Shown: positions 61,070-64,000 of the stretch, piece by piece
How positions within the stretch are numbered: position 1 is the stretch's first letter
How the letters are laid out: each line of letters begins with the position of its first letter
Source of the DNA: an uncultured virus (IMG/VR IMGVR_UViG_3300008113_006701)
Taxonomy: Duplodnaviria; Heunggongvirae; Uroviricota; Caudoviricetes
Reading direction: 5' to 3' (one strand)
IMG/VR virus record: IMGVR_UViG_3300008113_006701
Length of the DNA stretch: 64,000 bases
Notes under the pieces: model-generated
The model's input: only the letters and a program-made list of their open reading frames with translations
Databases searched by the model: none
What the model was told of the DNA's origin: nothing
Program-made: the position numbers and the translations under genes

Positions 61070-61509
61070 GTTTAGACTTTTTGGGTGGACCTGTAGCAAA
61101 ACCCGAGGCAATTCCGTATAAAGCCCCATCTATTTCCCCTTTCGATTTTATCAATGCTATACACCATAGCAAAGAAAAACTAATTGTGGACGATTGGTCT
61201 GAGAAACAGTATAACCCCTACATCATTAATAAAGGACTTTCCTATGGGCCAGATACAGTAATTCCTGCGAACGAAATGAATTCTAGACCCCATTTGCCGA
61301 AGATTCTACAATTTGATTTTCTTATAAATATTATTAGGCCCCGGAAAAGATTCAATAAATGGATCAAGGCTGAGAAGGTCGCTGATTTGGAAGTTATCAA
61401 AGAATACTATGGCTATAGCACAGAAAAAGCCAAACAAGTACTCCCACTTCTAAATTCTTCGACTATTGAAGAAATGAAAAAAAGAATAACAAAAGGTGGG
61501 TGGAAGTAA
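61066..61509 (+). CDS. gp62: Clamp loader small subunit gp62
   Basis: YNPYIINKGLS, ANEMN, RKRFNKW, KEYYGYS. Confidence 0.93.
   Translation: MSLDFLGGPVAKPEAIPYKAPSISPFDFINAIHHSKEKLIVDDWSEKQYNPYIINKGLSYGPDTVIPANEMNSRPHLPKILQFDFLINIIRPRKRFNKWIKAEKVADLEVIKEYYGYSTEKAKQVLPLLNSSTIEEMKKRITKGGWK
61323..61330 (+). promoter_or_regulatory. Possible late promoter inside gp62, upstream of regA
   Basis: Exact TATAAATA but intragenic. Confidence 0.4.
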
Positions 61510-61943
61510 TGAGTACTGACATAATCAATATAGATTTTCCAGGGTATCATCCTCTAGAAGTAATTTTATCTGAACCAGATGATTTTTTAAAAGTAAGAGA
61601 AACATTAACAAGAATTGGTGTTGCTTCTAGAAAAGATAAAACCCTATATCAATCATGCCATATACTACATAAGCAGGGCAGATATTTTATAGTTCATTTT
61701 AAAGAACTATTTGCATTAGATGGTAAAACCGCAGATCTATCTGAAAATGATTTGCAGCGTAGAAATACAATTTCAAAGTTATTAGTAGATTGGGGATTGG
61801 TTAAAGTTAACAATCCTGAATTCTTCCAAGACTATGCTCCTTTATCTCAGATCAAAGTTATCTCGCACAGAGAAAAAGATGATTGGAAATTGGAAACAAA
61901 GTATAACATTGGCAAGAAAAAGTTAACAACTAGTAATAAATAA
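61509..61943 (+). CDS. regA: Translational repressor RegA
   Basis: DDFLKVRETLTRIGVAS, LYQSCHILHKQGRYFIVHFKELF. Confidence 0.97.
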   Translation: MSTDIINIDFPGYHPLEVILSEPDDFLKVRETLTRIGVASRKDKTLYQSCHILHKQGRYFIVHFKELFALDGKTADLSENDLQRRNTISKLLVDWGLVKVNNPEFFQDYAPLSQIKVISHREKDDWKLETKYNIGKKKLTTSNK

Positions 61944-61948
61944 TTATG

Positions 61949-62049
61949 TTCCCAGGGATGGGAAACGGAGTTGACGGATCTCAATAAAACCGTCAGAGCT
62001 TATGCCTTCGGGGTAAGCATTTTAATACTCGCTTTTTAAGGAGAAATTT
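61949..62049 (+). promoter_or_regulatory. Structured 5' leader ending in a ROSE-like thermometer hairpin
   Basis: GGGA and cUUCGg hairpins, TGACGG/CCGTCA helix, and CTC-G-CTT pairing with SD AAGGAG. Confidence 0.6.
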
Positions 62050-62289
62050 ATGAGTACATTTTACGCAGATATGGCTATTGATACTATTCAAAACGCCAAA
62101 CTAGAATTCCTTCGTCACACCATGAAGGACGACACAATCAAAAAACCCCTAGAAGAATTCGTTGAAGCACAACGCAAATTTACAAAACAGATTGCTAAAT
62201 CTGGATGTGATTTGATTACCGTTGGCACAGAGTCTATGACTCGCTTTATCTTTGGTTCCAACAAAACCGAAAAAACCGAATCTAAGTAA
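62050..62289 (+). CDS. Small helical hypothetical protein (phasin-like appearance)
   Basis: AAGGAG RBS; IDTIQNAK...FVEAQRKFTK. Confidence 0.6.
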   Translation: MSTFYADMAIDTIQNAKLEFLRHTMKDDTIKKPLEEFVEAQRKFTKQIAKSGCDLITVGTESMTRFIFGSNKTEKTESK

Positions 62290-62302
62290 TAGGGAGTAAC
62301 AA

Positions 62303-62794
62303 ATGACGCTAATAACAATGCCTCGTTTCGACACAAATATGTTCAAAGAAATGGACAAATATTTTATTGGGTTTGATGAACAGTTTAATCGTCTTACAAA
62401 AATGCATGACGATATAACAAAAAACATTCCTAATTATCCTCCGTACAATGTTAAGAAAACCGGCGACAATACTTATGTAATTGAAATTGCTGCTGCTGGT
62501 TTTGCTAAACAAGATATTGAAATTGAATTAGCTGATAACAAGATGATTGTTAAAGGTAACATTCAAACTGCAGATAATGATGAAAATTTCCTATTTAAGG
62601 GAATTGCCAATAGAGCATTTACTCGCAACTTTGCTTTGGACGACCAGATTGAAGTTAAAGATGCAGAGATGTTAAATGGTATGCTAAGAATTTTCTTGGA
62701 ACGTATTATCCCTGAGCATAAGAAGCCTAAGAAAATTGAGGTTAAAGAACCTACAGGCAAAACTAAAAAATTAACTACGGATAGTTCATTATGA
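62303..62794 (+). CDS. hsp20: Small heat shock protein (Hsp20/IbpA-like)
   Basis: NYPPYNV, IEIAAAGF, KGIANRAFTRNF, NGML, IPEHKKPKKI. Confidence 0.95.
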   Translation: MTLITMPRFDTNMFKEMDKYFIGFDEQFNRLTKMHDDITKNIPNYPPYNVKKTGDNTYVIEIAAAGFAKQDIEIELADNKMIVKGNIQTADNDENFLFKGIANRAFTRNFALDDQIEVKDAEMLNGMLRIFLERIIPEHKKPKKIEVKEPTGKTKKLTTDSSL

Positions 62795-62886
62795 AAAAGC
62801 TATTGACGGATATTAAATACTATTTTATAATGTGGATTGAAGTGACGCAATCCGCGCGAAATCAAAATATACGTTATTGGCATTAA
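62791..62886 (+). CDS. Possible 31-aa peptide coupled to hsp20
   Basis: ATGA overlap; MKKLLTDIKYYFIMWIEVTQSARNQNIRYWH. Confidence 0.3.
   Translation: MKKLLTDIKYYFIMWIEVTQSARNQNIRYWH
62803..62831 (+). promoter_or_regulatory. Sigma70-type promoter
   Basis: TTGACG-17 bp-TATAAT. Confidence 0.55.
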
Positions 62887-62896
62887 AGGAAATAAA

Positions 62897-63220
62897 ATGA
62901 TTAAAGTAATTAAACTTATTACAGGCGAAGAAGTTGTGGGTGAAGTAAGCTATGATGGCACTACTGTTATTGTAGATAAACCATGCGCTGTTATGTTGGT
63001 GTCGGCTAAGTCTACTCCAGATCAACACTCAATGGCATTGATTCCATATGCAGCTTACACTAATGGTCACACCATTAAGATTAAAGAATCTTCTATTATT
63101 TGGGAAGCAGACTTGCAAGAAGATGTTTACAACCAATACAATATGTTGTTTGGTACAGGCATTCAAATCTTGACAGGAAAGAATCCTAATACTTCTTCTT
63201 TGAATATTGTAGGAAATTAA
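62897..63220 (+). CDS. Conserved Sm-like-fold hypothetical protein of T4-like phages
   Basis: IKLITGEEVVG...PY...YNQYNMLFGTGI. Confidence 0.7.
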   Translation: MIKVIKLITGEEVVGEVSYDGTTVIVDKPCAVMLVSAKSTPDQHSMALIPYAAYTNGHTIKIKESSIIWEADLQEDVYNQYNMLFGTGIQILTGKNPNTSSLNIVGN

Positions 63221-63534
63221 TTACTTCTTTCTTTGACTTGTTCCTGAATCACTTTCGGACAAACGGCATTTTTATAAAAGTAAGTTTTGTAGATGTGTTG
63301 TTTGTCCGATCCTCCGCAAGCATAATCACATACTTTTAACCCGTCGTTAGTTACGAAGGATTTTTCTAAGGTACAGCTCTTAGTTACAATATTATATTGT
63401 TTTTCTTTTTTAGATACCTGAGCCTCAATTTTTATAGGTACAGATACGCTGATATTAACTGAGTCCGGAATAAAAGGCGAGGCTATTGTAACAGCAGTAC
63501 TAATGCCGATGATTGTTTTTTTAAATGGACTCAT
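63217..63534 (-). CDS. Secreted/periplasmic Cys-containing protein
   Basis: MSPFKKTIIGISTAVTIA signal-like start (ATG 63534), four Cys. Confidence 0.5.
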   Translation of the reverse strand: MSPFKKTIIGISTAVTIASPFIPDSVNISVSVPIKIEAQVSKKEKQYNIVTKSCTLEKSFVTNDGLKVCDYACGGSDKQHIYKTYFYKNAVCPKVIQEQVKERSN

Positions 63535-63535
63535 A

Positions 63536-63676
63536 TTAGTGTTTGGTGTATAACCAAACAAACCCTAATATTCCTGTGCACAATAATAATAGAAATAGAT
63601 AAAATAATAAAATAAATTTAGCAAATCCAACATTGTCAAATACCCATTCTAAAAATGTGTACTTATTTTTTGCCAT
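63536..63676 (-). CDS. 46-aa single-pass membrane protein (not in the ORF track)
   Basis: MAKNKYTFLEWVFDNVGFAKFILLFYLFLLLLCTGILGFVWLYTKH; fills the gap between its neighbours. Confidence 0.55.
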   Translation of the reverse strand: MAKNKYTFLEWVFDNVGFAKFILLFYLFLLLLCTGILGFVWLYTKH

Positions 63677-63986
63677 CTTGGTAATTCTGTTCGTCTAATA
63701 TTTTTAGCGCCTGTCTAAATTTTTCTATATCGTATTTTTTAGCGTCTTCTAATCTTTGTTTATATGATCCGGGTTCACCTAGCTCAGGCCATCTTTGTTT
63801 ACGATCATATGATAACCAGGTAAAGAACCCGGCCATTAATAATATTAGTAATAATATTCCGCCAGCTAAAGAAAGTTCTAATGCGAGATTTTCCATTCTT
63901 CTTTGGCGCTTTGCTCTTTTAATTGCATCTTCTTTTTCTTTTACTTTTCTTGCAACTTTTTGTTCATCTATAATTTGAACACGCAT
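63663..63986 (-). CDS. Membrane-anchored coiled-coil protein, possibly 5'-truncated by the window edge
   Basis: Charged helix then TM segment LSLAGGILLLILLMAGFFTWL. Confidence 0.5.
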   Translation of the reverse strand: MRVQIIDEQKVARKVKEKEDAIKRAKRQRRMENLALELSLAGGILLLILLMAGFFTWLSYDRKQRWPELGEPGSYKQRLEDAKKYDIEKFRQALKILDEQNYQDGKK

Positions 63987-64000
63987 ATCTTGAAAGCGAG

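Noticed and set aside
1..64000. tRNA genes, CRISPR arrays, introns, inteins, homing endonucleases, integrases
   Set aside because: None recognised by eye; core genes gp17, gp20, gp23, uvsW and gp46 look uninterrupted. tRNAscan/Infernal were not run

Overview
AT-rich 64 kb segment of a T4-like myophage genome, almost all on the + strand. In order: (1) baseplate/tail-fibre genes, including a DUF4815/VrlC-like protein split in two; (2) the canonical gp13-gp23 neck/terminase/sheath/portal/head operon, then gp3, uvsY, uvsW and gp55; (3) a 7-deazaguanine DNA-modification locus (queE, folE, dpdA, a QueD paralogue with an LxxxHRHxF motif, queD) interleaved with two GT-B glycosyltransferases and galE, with no queC in the window; (4) gp47/gp46, a 2OG-Fe(II) oxygenase and a VWA/CobS-like pair; (5) a ~14.5 kb nucleotide-sugar/glycosyltransferase island (gmd, fcl, ColD-like, GT10, GT11, GT2, GT47, heptose kinase, TPP enzyme); (6) gp45, a broken gp44, gp62, regA, hsp20, then three small minus-strand membrane/secreted genes. 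Best candidates for new biology: a possibly glycosylated 7-deazaguanine modification system, a preQ1-riboswitch-like pseudoknot before queD, a 230-codon overprinted frame inside gp46, a virion-glycosylation hypothesis (sugar island plus Asn-motif-rich structural proteins) and a ROSE-like thermometer before hsp20. All calls come from reading motifs by eye; no searches were run.
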